A stretch of 64,000 nt of DNA from Macrostomum lignano (Eukaryota), in assembly GCA_002269645.1 (NCBI GenBank), contig NIVC01001003.1, forward strand, positions 186,001 to 250,000, in the 5' to 3' direction. The notes beneath the pieces were generated by a model. That model was not told the origin of the DNA. It saw only the letters and a program-made list of their open reading frames with translations, and ran no database searches. The position numbers and the translations under genes were made by a program. How positions within the stretch are numbered: position 1 is the first letter of the stretch; the number at the start of each line of letters is the position of its first letter. Positions 23,017 through 34,470 of the stretch are shown here, piece after piece.

Positions 23017-25210
23017 ATGTCCGACCACGGCGACGAGAAGGTGCCAATCGTGGGTCCGAGCACCTGCGTCAGCTACACGCAGACGGACGAGAGCTCCTTT
23101 GTTATCAATGACCCCGGCGCCAGCAGCTCCGGTGGCCGAGGCCGCGCGGGCACTGGTCCCTACCTGACCACGGTGCGCGAGGATGAGGAGCTGATGGAGG
23201 TCTCTAGCGAGCAGTTCAGCGCCAGCGGCGTCACCGGGTCCAGGCACCAACGGGCGCAATCGTCAGTCGGCAGCGGACTTCGCCCGCGCACGAGGACAAT
23301 GTCCAACCGGTTCATGTCCAGCGTGCACAAGATTCGCAGCTACACTCAGCAGTCCATCCACGAGGTGCCGTGCGAGGACCGGAACAACTCGGCCTTCGCG
23401 GCCGGATTCAACGTGACGAATCTGGTGCAGGGCATCGGCATCATGGGCGTGCCCTACGCGGTCAGCCGCGGCAGCTGGGCCTCCATCGGGGTCATCTGTC
23501 TGGTCGCCGCCCTGTGCTGCTACACCGGCTGTCTGCTAGTCGACTGTCTCTACACCGGTTGTCCGCGCACCGGGCGCCGAGTCCGCTACCTGAAATCCTA
23601 CCCGGATGTCGGCGCCATGGTCTGGCCCCGGTTCGGCCGGCGCGCCGTCACAATCGTCTCCGTGGTGGAGATGTTCGGCGGGATGTGCCTGTACATCATC
23701 CTGCTGGCCAGCACCAGCTCCTCGCTGATGAAGGAGCGAGTGCCATCGCTGAACATCTATCACTGGAGCTGCATCAGCACCTACGCCACCCTGCCGCTCA
23801 CGTTCATCACGCGAATGTCCTTCATCTCCTGGTTCAGCATGCTGGCGGTGGCCAGCCTGATGTCTAGCATCGTGTCCGTGCTGGTCTTCTGCTTCATGCA
23901 CTTCGACCAGCTGGCGCTGACCAACATGCCCGGCTTCGATCCAACCAGCTTCCCCGTTAGCTTCGGCATCATCGTGTTCTCCTACTGCGCCCACGCCGTG
24001 TTCCCCGGCATCGAGGAGTGCATGCGCCGGCCAAACAGCTACCCGGCCATGCTCACTGTGTCGTTCGGGGTGGCCGCCATTGTCAAGACCATCATGGGCG
24101 TCATGGCTGTGCTCATATTCGGCATGGCCACTGAGCAGGAGTTCGGCCGCAATCTGGAGGTTGACGCCGATTTTAGCTTCATCTCGAATTCGCTCATCTT
24201 TGTCAACGTTTTCTTCAGGTTAGTCATGAGCTCTTTATATACCTTTAGTAATTGAATGCACCGAGCGTCCTTTGACTGTCGATTGGTTGAGTCCCAGTTG
24301 TCTCGAGGAGAATTGCTATGGATTAAACTGTGGATCATAAGGAATTGTTATAGCTGTTCAGTGTGTCTTGAAGGGGCATTGTTATAGCTGTTCAGTGTGT
24401 CTTGAAGGGGCATTGTTATAGCTGATCAGTGTGTTGAAGGGGCATTGTTATAGCTGATCAGTGTGTCTTGAAGGGGCACTGTTATAGCTGATTAGTGTGT
24501 CTTGAAGGGGCATTGTATAGCTGATCAGTGTGTCTTGAAGGGGCATTGTATAGCTGATCAGTGTGTCTTGAAGGGGCATTGTTATAGCTGATCAGTGTGT
24601 CTTGAAGGGGCACTGTTATAGCTGATTAGTGTGTCTTGAAGGGGCATTGTATAGCTGATCAGTGTGTCTTGAAGGGGCATTGTTATAGCTGATTAGTGTC
24701 CCGACGGGAAACCGCTTATTGAGGATCTAAAAGTTGAGCAGCCACTGATTGCTAGCTCATACTCATTGTCTCCAGCGTTTCTATCGTCCTCAACAAATAA
24801 ACCAGCAGCACACCCCGCGCCCGAACCGCTCCAGCATGCCGCTCGTCATCTTCGTGGTTATCGAGCGATTCGATGCGACCTTCCTTGGCGCCTTCCACCC
24901 GACCTTCCACCGCAACGGCAGCTTGCACTGGCTGTGGATCCTGCTCACCCGGTCCCTCATTATGACCGCTGGCCTATTCCTGTCGATGCTGGTACCCCAC
25001 TTTGCCCTCCTGATGGGCCTGGTCGGCTCCTTCACTGGCACCTGCCTCTGCTTCATCTTTCCGGCGTGGTTTCACCTGGTGCTCAAACGGAAGCAGCTCA
25101 ACGCATTCGGCGTTTTTGTTCGCGTCTGCATCATCTTGTTCGGCGCTCTGAGCGGCGCTGTCGGCATGTTCTTCTCCGCTCTGGAGCTCAAGAAGAAGCT
25201 CATTCAATGA
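23017..25210 (+). CDS. Vesicular inhibitory amino-acid transporter-like (VGAT/UNC-47-like, Aa_trans family). Exons 23017-24218 and 24835-25210
   Basis: FNVTNLVQGIGIMGVPYA, FGIIVFSYCAH and LVGSFTGTCLCFIFPA motifs; multiple TM segments; phase-2 GT-AG intron. Confidence 0.85.
24345..24698. repeat. ~35-bp minisatellite in the transporter intron
   Basis: Unit GTGTGTCTTGAAGGGGCATTGTTATAGCTGATCA. Confidence 0.95.
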
Positions 25211-25454
25211 GAGACTTTGGACAGTGAAGGATCGAATAGGTTTGTTTCAAACAGTAGCAACATCCCAGTCTGTGTTAGTATTTATTTATTCCTATGAACA
25301 GCAATATTCGTCACAGTGGCTAGAAATAAAGGAGAAAGAAGGCACATAAATTTTCCTTGAGCTTGAAGTTGAACATCGTTTTCGCTTTTGTTCCAGAAAT
25401 TGTCCAAAAGTGATTCAAATATTCCTTTTAAAAGGTTTAATTTTATTTGATTAG

Positions 25455-25925
25455 GCTGAGTGGGTCAAGCTGGTCAGGAGCTGAGCTGAGAGGGTCAAGC
25501 TGCTCAGGGTCTGAGAGGGTCAAGCTGGTCAGGGTCTGAGTGGGTCAAGCTGGTCAGGAGCTGAGCTGAGAGGGTCAAGCTGCTCAGGGTCTGAGTGGGT
25601 CAAGCTGGTCAGGGTCTGAGTGGGTCAAGCTGGTCAGGGTCTGAGTGGGTCAAGCTGGTCAGGGGCTGAGTGGGTCAAGCTGGTCAGGGGCTGAGAGGGT
25701 CAAGCTGGTCAGGGTCTGAGTGGGTCAAGCTGGTCAGGGTCTGAGAGGGTCAAGCTGGTCAGGATCTGAGTGGGTCAAGCTCGTCAGGAGCTGAGTGGGT
25801 CATGCTGGTCAGGATCTGAGTGGGTCAAGCTGGTCAGGAGCTGAGTGGGTCAAGCTGGTCAGGGTCTGAGTGGGTCAAGCTGGTCAGGGTCTGAGAGGGT
25901 CAAGCTGGTCAGGGCCTGAGTGGGT
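25455..25925. repeat. 25-bp minisatellite
   Basis: Unit GGGTCAAGCTGGTCAGGGTCTGAGT. Confidence 0.95.
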
Positions 25926-26607
25926 CGAACCACCATCAGTGACTTGAGGGTCAGTTACTAATAGCAGCAACTTGTCTTGTCTTAAAAGAACGAAATCTGC
26001 AGCGTTATTTATTGGTAATGACAACAAACTACGAGCTAAAAAAGCAAAACTTTTGCTATGTACTTCAATGTGAAGACAGAGAATGTAAATCCATATTTCA
26101 AATTTACATTACAAAGTACGTCGCACAGCAAAATAATTAAATGGACTCACTGCAAGTAATGTAACGATTTTTGAATGTTCATAAGTCTTAAACTGATTCT
26201 ATTTTAATCATAGACCATGACGTTCAACCATAGACAAAATAAATCCTGCACGCTGGAGAGGGTGGGGGAAGAAAGGAAGGGAGTTTAAAACTATAAATCA
26301 ATCAATGTTTAAATATCCCTTGAACGCAGTCTGAACGCTTTTTTTCGTAAAATACACTCCACTCTACTTCACCAGCACAGTAGCCACTGTTGCCTCGGCT
26401 ATGAAAATTTTCTCATCTTCATTAAAATTAAATATCCTCCTTAATTGTTTGAAACCATGTCCAACAAATTGGCTGCATCCTGAGGCTGCATAGTGCACCA
26501 GCGTCATGATTGGTCGATATTGTCTAGGCAGCTACAATATCTGGTGAAACTTTCACAAACGCTACAAAAAACCTGTAGTCAAGAATCTAAGTTATTTCAC
26601 GAATAGG

Positions 26608-27369
26608 ATGAAGCTGCTCAGCTTCCTGATTGTCGCTCTGTCGTAGACTCCTTTGATCTGCAGCAGCAAATGCAGAGTTCAGTTCCATGCTGTCACGGCT
26701 CTCAACTGTGTGAGAAGCGAGTTCGTGCGAACTCACCCGGAGGTCACCACCCTCAAGACGTGCTCGATGCTCTGCGCCAATGTCGCGCACTGCCAGGCGT
26801 TCAGCATGTCCGACGGTCCGTGCCAGCTGTTCGTGTTTCACAGGTGCAGCAAGAACGTGAGAGACTGCAGCTGCAATCGCACAGCACAGCTGTTTGTGAG
26901 GCAGCAGCCGGGACTGCCGATGGGAGCCCTGTGTCCTGCTGGCTACGCTGACGACCTGTGCGGCACCAAGTACAAGTTCATGAGCTGTGCGGGAAACTGG
27001 ACTAGGTGCAAGGAGATGTGCGACGCGGAGGCTGGACTCGTCATCATGGCCGAGCTGAGTGATGCAGCGGCGCGAGACAAAGTCGGAAAGCTGGCGGCCG
27101 AGCAACTGGCTGGCGTGGCGGCCGTCAACACAGTTTACGTGGGAGGCTGGCAGCTGCCGGGCAGCTCGGAGCCGTCAGGAGGCTGGCAGTGGGCCAGCTG
27201 CGGTCTCAACATCTCGGCTGCACTGTGGAGCAGCGGAGAGCCGAACAACCATGAAGGTGTGGAAGATAGAGCTGGGGTCTACCTTAACGGACTCTTGCTT
27301 GACCTGCCCACTGACAACTATGTGTACTCAGGCGGAGGCTACTGCCAGTGCGTGTCACCGTTTGACTGA
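26608..27369 (+). pseudogene. Copy 1 of secreted PAN/apple + C-type-lectin-like protein, with premature TAG at 26644-26646
   Basis: Nearly identical to 32139-32900, but codon 13 is TAG instead of CAG. Confidence 0.8.
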
Positions 27370-27759
27370 GCTGCTGCCCTGGAGCTGAGCAAGGTCTCCA
27401 TGCGCCCCTGTGCTGCTCCGGAAAGCGAACCAAGAACACAGATGTCTGTAACGAGTTTGCAAGCTTTTATTTGTTTTTTTCCCGTTTAAATTTTGATGCT
27501 CCATTTGTGAAACTCGGAAACTGCTTTCTCTGTCTGATTTTTCCTGTCTCATTCTGTCTGTTTTGCAAACTTGAAATCAGTGCTTTTTGCGTTTACCGGA
27601 GTTAGTTTTTTAGTTAGAGGCGGGGGCTGCAGCATGTGCACCCTGGCGCACTTTAGGCGACATTGTCACACAACCGGCGAGAGGCAATGCTGCTTATTCC
27701 GCCGACTCCCCTGAGCAGGCACACACTCACACAGGAGTGTACAGCGGCCCTAACTTTAT

Positions 27760-27945
27760 TTTATCGCTAGTTATGTACACTTCCCTGTGCCTTGGGGATT
27801 GGGCCTCAAGGCCGTTAATTGCACGAGCAGAGCCAAGCCGAAATTCCAATTTAGCTCCAAATTAATGTGACTGCACTTGGAATCGAGCCTGGGCCGCTGG
27901 CACATCAGAGCGCCGCGCTGGACCACTGGGATACGGTCCCTGTGT
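27760..27945 (-). mobile_element. Second tRNA-derived SINE-like family
   Basis: Reverse strand has a tRNA-like head (CCCAGTGGTCC...GGCTCGATTCC); the 3' part CCCCAAGGCACAGGGAAGTGTACAT recurs at ~30355-30395. Confidence 0.45.
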
Positions 27946-28210
27946 TTACCGTAAGCTACTGAAGGTAAATGAAAGAGGACAAATGCTATGTCACTTTTTT
28001 GATACAACGGTTTTTCTGTTGCTAATGCAAGTACAAAATCTTTTTAATAGTTTTTCTTTTCTCTGATCATTGTTACTCCTGCAGCTTGCTCTTGGGTAAT
28101 ACGGCTCGCAGTTAACCAAATCAGTCAACCAAATATACTGTGTGATTGGAAGTTCTTTGCTGCTTAACCCTACCCCTAATTTCATTTCTATGGACTTTAT
28201 TATTTCTAAA

Positions 28211-28500
28211 GGGGGTTGTAGCCTAGTGGTTAGAGCGTCTGAATCACGACTGAAAGGTCGGGGGTTCGATTCCCTATCCCACTCGGAATGATTTGTGTCC
28301 CTGAGCAAGACACCTAACTCTGCATTGCTTCAGTTCACCCAGCTGTAAAATGGGTGCCAGCATTAGCTGGGGTAATTGAGGCTGTGTGTGGCGACCCCCC
28401 AGTCCTTGGACTGAACAGCCGTACGCAGCCTTCAGATGCGCCCAGCAATAACTGCGGCTGAGCTGTCGGTTGCACATCTGCCCATTAGGGCAGACGTAAT
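28211..28500 (+). mobile_element. tRNA-derived CORE-type SINE, copy 2
   Basis: GGGGGTTGTAGCCTAGTGGTTAGAGC...GGTTCGATTCC followed by GTGTCCCTGAGCAAGACACCTAAC. Confidence 0.8.
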
Positions 28501-28958
28501 CAATTAATATTATTATTTTATCTTGAAATTTATTTTTCTCAAAGGCTCATACGAGCTATCTCTTGAAAAGGATTAATTAGAAAAGCGGGTTTACCCACAT
28601 GAGATATGCTTGATTTGATTTTAAATGATTTGCGTAGATATTGTTCGAACCGTAAGTGAAGCCAGTAGGTCAACAATAAACTTCATACAATCCACAGCAT
28701 ATTCTAATCTATGCATTATCATCAGCTTTATCTTCCCCACTAACAGTGACAAGTTCCGATTGGGAGCGAGCAACCAGTGAAAAACCACATGTCAATGTAA
28801 TTAGACACTTTCTCGTTACTCACAATATACAGTTAGCTGACTTTCCAACAAATACAGGGATGCGCATACATGTAGCTCATGTTTTTTAGTCTGCTGTCAT
28901 CGCGGCACCTGACTCCGACCCTCGCCCCCACGTAATAATAATCGATAATTGATTACAC

Positions 28959-29202
28959 CTGCCCCAATTTGGCCGGATGTGCAACTGACGGCTCAGCCGT
29001 AGCCAAGGACTGGGGGGGGGGGTCGCCACACACAGCCTCAATTACCCCAGCTAATGCTGGCGCCCATTTTACAGCTGGGTGAACTGAAGCAATGCAGAGT
29101 TAAGTGTCTTGCTCAAGGACAAATTGTTCCGAGTAAGGTAGGGAATCGAACCCCCGACCTTTAAGTCGTGAGTCTGACGCTCTAACTACTAGGCTACAGC
29201 CC
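28959..29202 (-). mobile_element. tRNA-derived CORE-type SINE, copy 3 (internal deletion)
   Basis: Reverse complement matches copies 1 and 2. Confidence 0.75.
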
Positions 29203-29229
29203 TTGTGTGGCGGAAAAGTTCATATTTAT

Positions 29230-30204
29230 GGATGCAGAAGAAGCTCTATTACGGACTCAAGCAGGTCAAGATTTTCTGAGCAGCCACCAAGTCACTTAGA
29301 CATTCATTCCCGAGCGAGCTCCATGGATGGGAGGCTTCTACAAGAGGTCAGCGTAGTGAAATCAGTGCTCAAGAAGACAATCGGAAGGGCGTTCCTGACC
29401 GTCGAGGAGCTGTCGACAGTAATCTGTGAGGCGGAAGCGGTTGTAAACTCAAGACCGCTTGGCTTTGTGTCTTCCGGCGAGCAATCAGAAGTCATCACAC
29501 CTGGTCATTTCCTCGTTCTGCGCCGCCTGACAAAAGAACCAGAGGACGAAGCGGAAGTTTCAATGGTCCTGACGCTTCCCGAAAGGCTCCGAAAGTCCAG
29601 ACATTTGCTGAACAAGTTCTGGAAGGAGTGGCAAGCACAGTACATTCTGGCCCTCCGTGAGCGATCATCCAAAGACGGTCGAACATCGAATCGGGAAATA
29701 CGAGTTGGTGACGTAGTGTTAGTGATGGATGCCGGATTGCCAAGACTTCAATGGAAGCTTGCGGTTGTCGAAGCTGTGCACCAGGGTCGCGATGGAGTCG
29801 CCCGCTCATGCCTACTGCGGGTGGCCAGTTCTCAAAGTGGTCGAGCTGCTACGCATCTTTGACGGCCAGTGAAGTTGCTGGTACCTCTGGAAGTCTGACG
29901 TGTCGTTGGTGGTTTTTTGCTCGGCTGCTGGCTGCGTCTAGTCGGTTTTCCTGTGTCCTTTGGTCGTTTGCTGGTGGCGTTCGGTCGGTTGTCGTTCGAT
30001 GTCAGTGGCTGTGTGACGGTCGGTGGTCGGTCAGTCGGTTGGTTGGTGGTTCTCGGTCGTTGTTGTTCGGTGGTGCAATGTACATCTGCGCGTACACTGG
30101 GCGCCCCCACCCCCCACGCGTCAATTTCTCTTTGCTTTATCTAAATAAATAAAGTCAAACCAGCCAGCGACCCATGAGAGTGCCTTTTTCGCTTTCTCTC
30201 AACA
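29230..30204 (+). mobile_element. BEL/Pao LTR retrotransposon 3' fragment (end of integrase, DUF5641-like) with a possible short LTR at 30079-30204
   Basis: EAVVNSRPL, ITPGHFL, FWKEWQAQYI, VGDVVLV and WKLAVVEAVHQGRDGVAR motifs; candidate LTR TGT...AATAAA...ACA. Confidence 0.85.
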
Positions 30205-32138
30205 AACTCTAAAGAGAAAATCAATTTAATCGTGTCAATTCAATTACACCCTGTTTTGTGGAGTTGTAGCTTCGCCCCACCCCTACCCTTGGTCTAATTC
30301 CACGCGTGAAGAAGCATTGACCACGGATCGGGGCTGTTGTGCGATTCAGACTCGTGAGGTCCCAACCCCAAGGCACAGCAGGGAGTGTACATGCCAGGCG
30401 ATTAGAAAGTCTGGGCCGCTGTACACCCAATGAGTGTGCTCAACAGTCAAGCAAAATGGGCAGAATTGCCTTATCGTGCCGCTGGTTGTGGAACCGAAGG
30501 CGCTGCGACAGTGTGTCCAAAATCCTCCTGCTGAAATGAATATTTATAAAGCTGACAATGGCAGGTAGTCTTGGATGCTGTATAGTCCAGTCTGTTTACT
30601 TATTTAATGATTTCGCTACTAACATTAAAAAAAGTCATTTTGCCAAGTTTTTTGTCGCGTTCAGCGCATCTGGCAATGTGGCCTCGTGAAGAAGTTCCGC
30701 CGTGGAGTCCTTCTCAATAATTTGCTGCACTGCCGATGCAGCTGGTGCCGGGCACTCAAGTCCAGCTGCCAAGGCTCCGGCCATGCCAGAACAGCCCTCC
30801 AGTCTGCAGAGAAGCAGCCCCATTCAAGCTTGCGGCCGAAAAAAAATTTCTCACACAACATTTCGTCTGTAGCAAACACAGACACTTTGCCAACTGCCAC
30901 TTTGCCATACACGTGAGTTGAGCTAGCAAGCTAACAAAAGTACAGGAAAAGCAACTTTTTCAATATTGTGTCTTTACAACCCACGCATGATTTTGTTCAG
31001 GAGTCCTGGCTATTACAGTTATCATTTTGGCTTACTCTTGCCGACATAACCTGTCTTCTTATCAAGTTGCAGCAAGTATTTTAGCCAGAGAAATTTTCGT
31101 GAAGCTTGTTTGAACAGCCAACTTCCACGCCCTAAATAACTGTTCCCGTGCAGAAAAACTTTGTTTAAGACACCGTGGCGTCCTCAAATCTTTACTAGCA
31201 ACAATCTTGCGACGCGAGCACATCATCCACCTCGATCAAAATTGCCAAACATTGGTCCCAAAAAGCTGTGGACTCAAAAATTGTGGCGGTAGGCAACTAG
31301 CTTGTATTCTCGAATCTAAAAGAACCAAAACAGAAAATTGAGATTCCGTCACATAAGTCATTACAAATCAACCCAACTAGAAACTTTTCAAGGTTTTAAT
31401 TAACATTCTAGGCACAGATCGAGTTTGTACATGCCTGACGATGCTATAGTCAAGGAAAAGTCGGGCTCTTTGTATCTTTGTAAACAATCTGGCTAGAGGA
31501 GCCGTCAGAAAGATAGAGAAAACCATTTTGTTTATGCAATCATGCTCCAGTATTCTGACGCGCCAACTCTTGACCTACTCTGCCTACTACTACGTCAGTA
31601 GTACTTAATGAAAATTGCATTTTTGGTTTGAACCTACAAGATAAACACGTACTTTTCTCAAGATTTTCATAACTCACTCGAACACTCATGTCTCAACGTG
31701 TCTTAACAGTTCGCTGCTAAAGCACAAATCGATCGTCCTTGAGACTACAGTGGTCCTTGTGTCGCATACGCTTGTCAGTGTACCGATCTCGTATGACACG
31801 AAATTAGAAGCCAACAAGAAGGCTTAATGATGATTGCATCCGTTTCAACTACCAGTGAGTGATCTGGCATCATGCCGCAATGACAAGGCCAGTTGGAACT
31901 TGAGAAGCTGGGTCTCTGTCTCGCTGGTTACTAACCTGCAAACTGTGACGTCACTCCTGGGAGATCTCCAACAATCCTTTGCTAAGGATATTGATAGCAC
32001 ATAGCTGTGCCGTCATTGGCTTTCTCCTCTGCCTTGACAAGCTTTACAATAATGCCTGGAACCTCGCGCATCCCACAGTCTCAGTGAAAACCTCTGTAGA
32101 GAAGAAATTCTTCTAGTCTAACAAATTGAAAATTCAAG

Positions 32139-32900
32139 ATGAAGCTGCTCAGCTTCCTGATTGTCGCTCTGTCGCAGACTCCTCTGATCTGCAGCAGCAA
32201 ATGCAGAGTTCAGTTCCATGCTGTCACGGCTCTCAACTGTGTGAGAAGCGAGTTCGTGCGAACTCACCCGGAGGTCACCACCCTCAAGACGTGCTCGATG
32301 CTCTGCGCCAATGTCGCGCACTGCCAGGCGTTCAGCATGTCCGACGGTCCGTGCCAGCTGTTCGTGTTTCACAGGTGCAGCAAGAACGTGAGAGACTGCA
32401 GCTGCAATCGCACAGCGCAGCTGTTTGTGAGGCAGCAGCCGGGACTGCCGATGGGAGCCCTGTGTCCTGCTGGCTACGCTGACGACCTGTGCGGCACCAA
32501 GTACAAGTTCATGAGCTGTGCGGGAAACTGGACCAGGTGCAAGGAGATGTGCGACGCGGAGGCTGGACTCGTCATCATGGCCGAGCTGAGTGATGCAGCG
32601 GCGCGAGACAAAGTCGGAAAGCTGGCGGCCGAGCAACTGGATGGTGTGGCGGCCGTCAACACAGTTTACGTGGGAGGCTGGCAGCTGCCGGGCAGCTCGG
32701 AGCCGTCAGGAGGCTGGCAGTGGGCCAGCTGCGGTCTCAACATCTCGGCTGCACTGTGGAGCAGCGGAGAGCCGAACAACCATGAAGGTGTGGAGAATCG
32801 AGCTGGGGTCTACCTTAACGGACTCTTGCTTGACCTGCCCACTGACAACTATGTGTACTCAGGCGGAGGCTACTGCCAGTGCGTGTCACCGTTTGACTGA
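32139..32900 (+). CDS. Secreted PAN/apple + C-type-lectin-like protein, copy 2 (intact, single exon)
   Basis: Hydrophobic N-terminus; C-x3-C-x5-C-x-A-F apple-like pattern; lectin-like YVGG, WQW and W..GEPNN motifs. Confidence 0.8.
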   Translation: MKLLSFLIVALSQTPLICSSKCRVQFHAVTALNCVRSEFVRTHPEVTTLKTCSMLCANVAHCQAFSMSDGPCQLFVFHRCSKNVRDCSCNRTAQLFVRQQPGLPMGALCPAGYADDLCGTKYKFMSCAGNWTRCKEMCDAEAGLVIMAELSDAAARDKVGKLAAEQLDGVAAVNTVYVGGWQLPGSSEPSGGWQWASCGLNISAALWSSGEPNNHEGVENRAGVYLNGLLLDLPTDNYVYSGGGYCQCVSPFD

Positions 32901-33559
32901 GTCGCCGCAGAGCACAGCATGGTATCGAGGCTTGCAAAATCAATTTATCCATAGAAGAAGCTTACAGTACAAGACAAAACAAAGTAAACTAAATCATTAT
33001 TTTAACAGCTTTCTAAGCAAGCATTTTAGTTACAATCTGCGTTCAATTCCGTGCTGTGTCAATACGAGGGACAAACAAAAGCGGCTGCTGCATGGTAGAT
33101 AACTTTTGTTAGTACTGTGCTTCTTATCTTCTCTTTTTTTCTGGAAGCTTCTAAAAATATTTAGAGGCACTGTTTAGTAGAAAGCTAAGCACTGAAGCCC
33201 CAGTCTACAATACACGCTTAAAATTTTCTTCTGAAATTTTCTGGAAAAGTTGAGCTAAAAGAGAGCTCTCGCGTAACAATATTGTGTCAACAGGCGCCAA
33301 CGCAAACAGAGACGGCGAGAGTGAATGCTCTTCTACAACGCTGGCGGTTGCTAGCGGCGTCTTCACAACTGCTATATGAGCACTTGTTGTAACAGACCTC
33401 AACAAGCTTTTAAAGGGCAAACAGGGCTCTCTAAGAGGCAGCCTTTTTCCTGAGAAATTCAATATGTTTTACTTGCTTTGTTCAACAGTCTAGCTAACAC
33501 TGTTGTGCTTGGGCGATCCTCTATCATGGGTGTAGCTATAGTGAGGCCTACATGTAGCT

Positions 33560-33785
33560 ATGGAAACCCCGTTTGCTAGCCGGATGCGTTGCTAGCTGGA
33601 TTTCTATTCAGATGTGTTGCAATCCATATGTGTTCCTAACCATATGTGTTGCTAGCCGGGTGTGTTGCTACCCGGATGTGTTGCTAGCCGGATGTGTTGC
33701 TAGCCGGATGTGTTGCTAGCCGAATGGGTTGCTAGCCAGATGTGTTGCTAGCCGGATCTGTTGCTAGCCGGATGTGTTGCTACTA
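33560..33785. repeat. 16-bp minisatellite
   Basis: Unit CCGGATGTGTTGCTAG. Confidence 0.9.
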
Positions 33786-33940
33786 AGTGAAGTGGTGCCG
33801 AATGGCGCTATAAAGTTGAAGTTGCAAACTTGTTTGCCACGTGCATCACAAAATGCTCTCCCCATACACGGTTTTGGCCATAGACAATTATCAAAGCATG
33901 GGTTAGAACTCTTTAACTCCCGAAATCTACGAGTACACAC

Positions 33941-34245
33941 CATGGAGGAAAGAATAGAATGGAGTGCTAATCTGAGCCAGTTATTTTTGTCTCACTCGAT
34001 CTTCACTTTTAACATCCTTCCCCCCGTTCTTTCCTATTGGCTCGTGACTGCCATAGACAGTATTTTTCGTCTCGTTTTCGTTTTCGTTCCTCTCTGAAAG
34101 GTCTGTCCCAGCATAGTACGAGCTGGCATCAAATGTGCTTTCAGCCAATGGGAAGGAACGGGGGGAAAGGGATGTTAAAAGTGAAGATCGAGCGAGATAA
34201 AATAACTGGCTCAGATTAGCAATCCATTCTATTCTTTCCTCCATG
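33941..34245. mobile_element. 305-bp MITE with ~105-bp TIRs and 8-bp TSD GTACACAC
   Basis: Arms CATGGAGGAAAGAATAGAATGG... and ...CCATTCTATTCTTTCCTCCATG; TSD at 33933-33940 and 34246-34253. Confidence 0.9.
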
Positions 34246-34294
34246 GTACACACACACAGTAGCTGAGGAGCTTAATTATTTTTAGCTTCTGATT

Positions 34295-34470
34295 CTATAG
34301 CACGGGCCCTGGGGACGCCAGCACCACGGTCACCAACCCTAGGGGTGCCAGCACCATAGTCAACAACCCTAAGGGTGCCAGCACCACGGTCACTAACCCT
34401 AGGGGTGCCAGCACCATGGGCACCAACCCTAGGGGTGCCAGTACCATGGGCACCAACCCTAGGGGTGCCA
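34295..34470. repeat. 30-bp tandem repeat, ~5 copies
   Basis: Unit CCCTAGGGGTGCCAGCACCATGGTCACCAA with variants. Confidence 0.85.

Noticed and set aside
28211-28285. tRNA-like sequence (also at ~20610-20679 and ~29130-29202)
   Set aside because: Poor acceptor and anticodon stems, and followed by a shared CORE-like body, so these are SINE heads rather than tRNA genes
30600-32050. Possible decayed minus-strand coding remnant between the lectin copies
   Set aside because: Many stops and no recognisable motif in my translations
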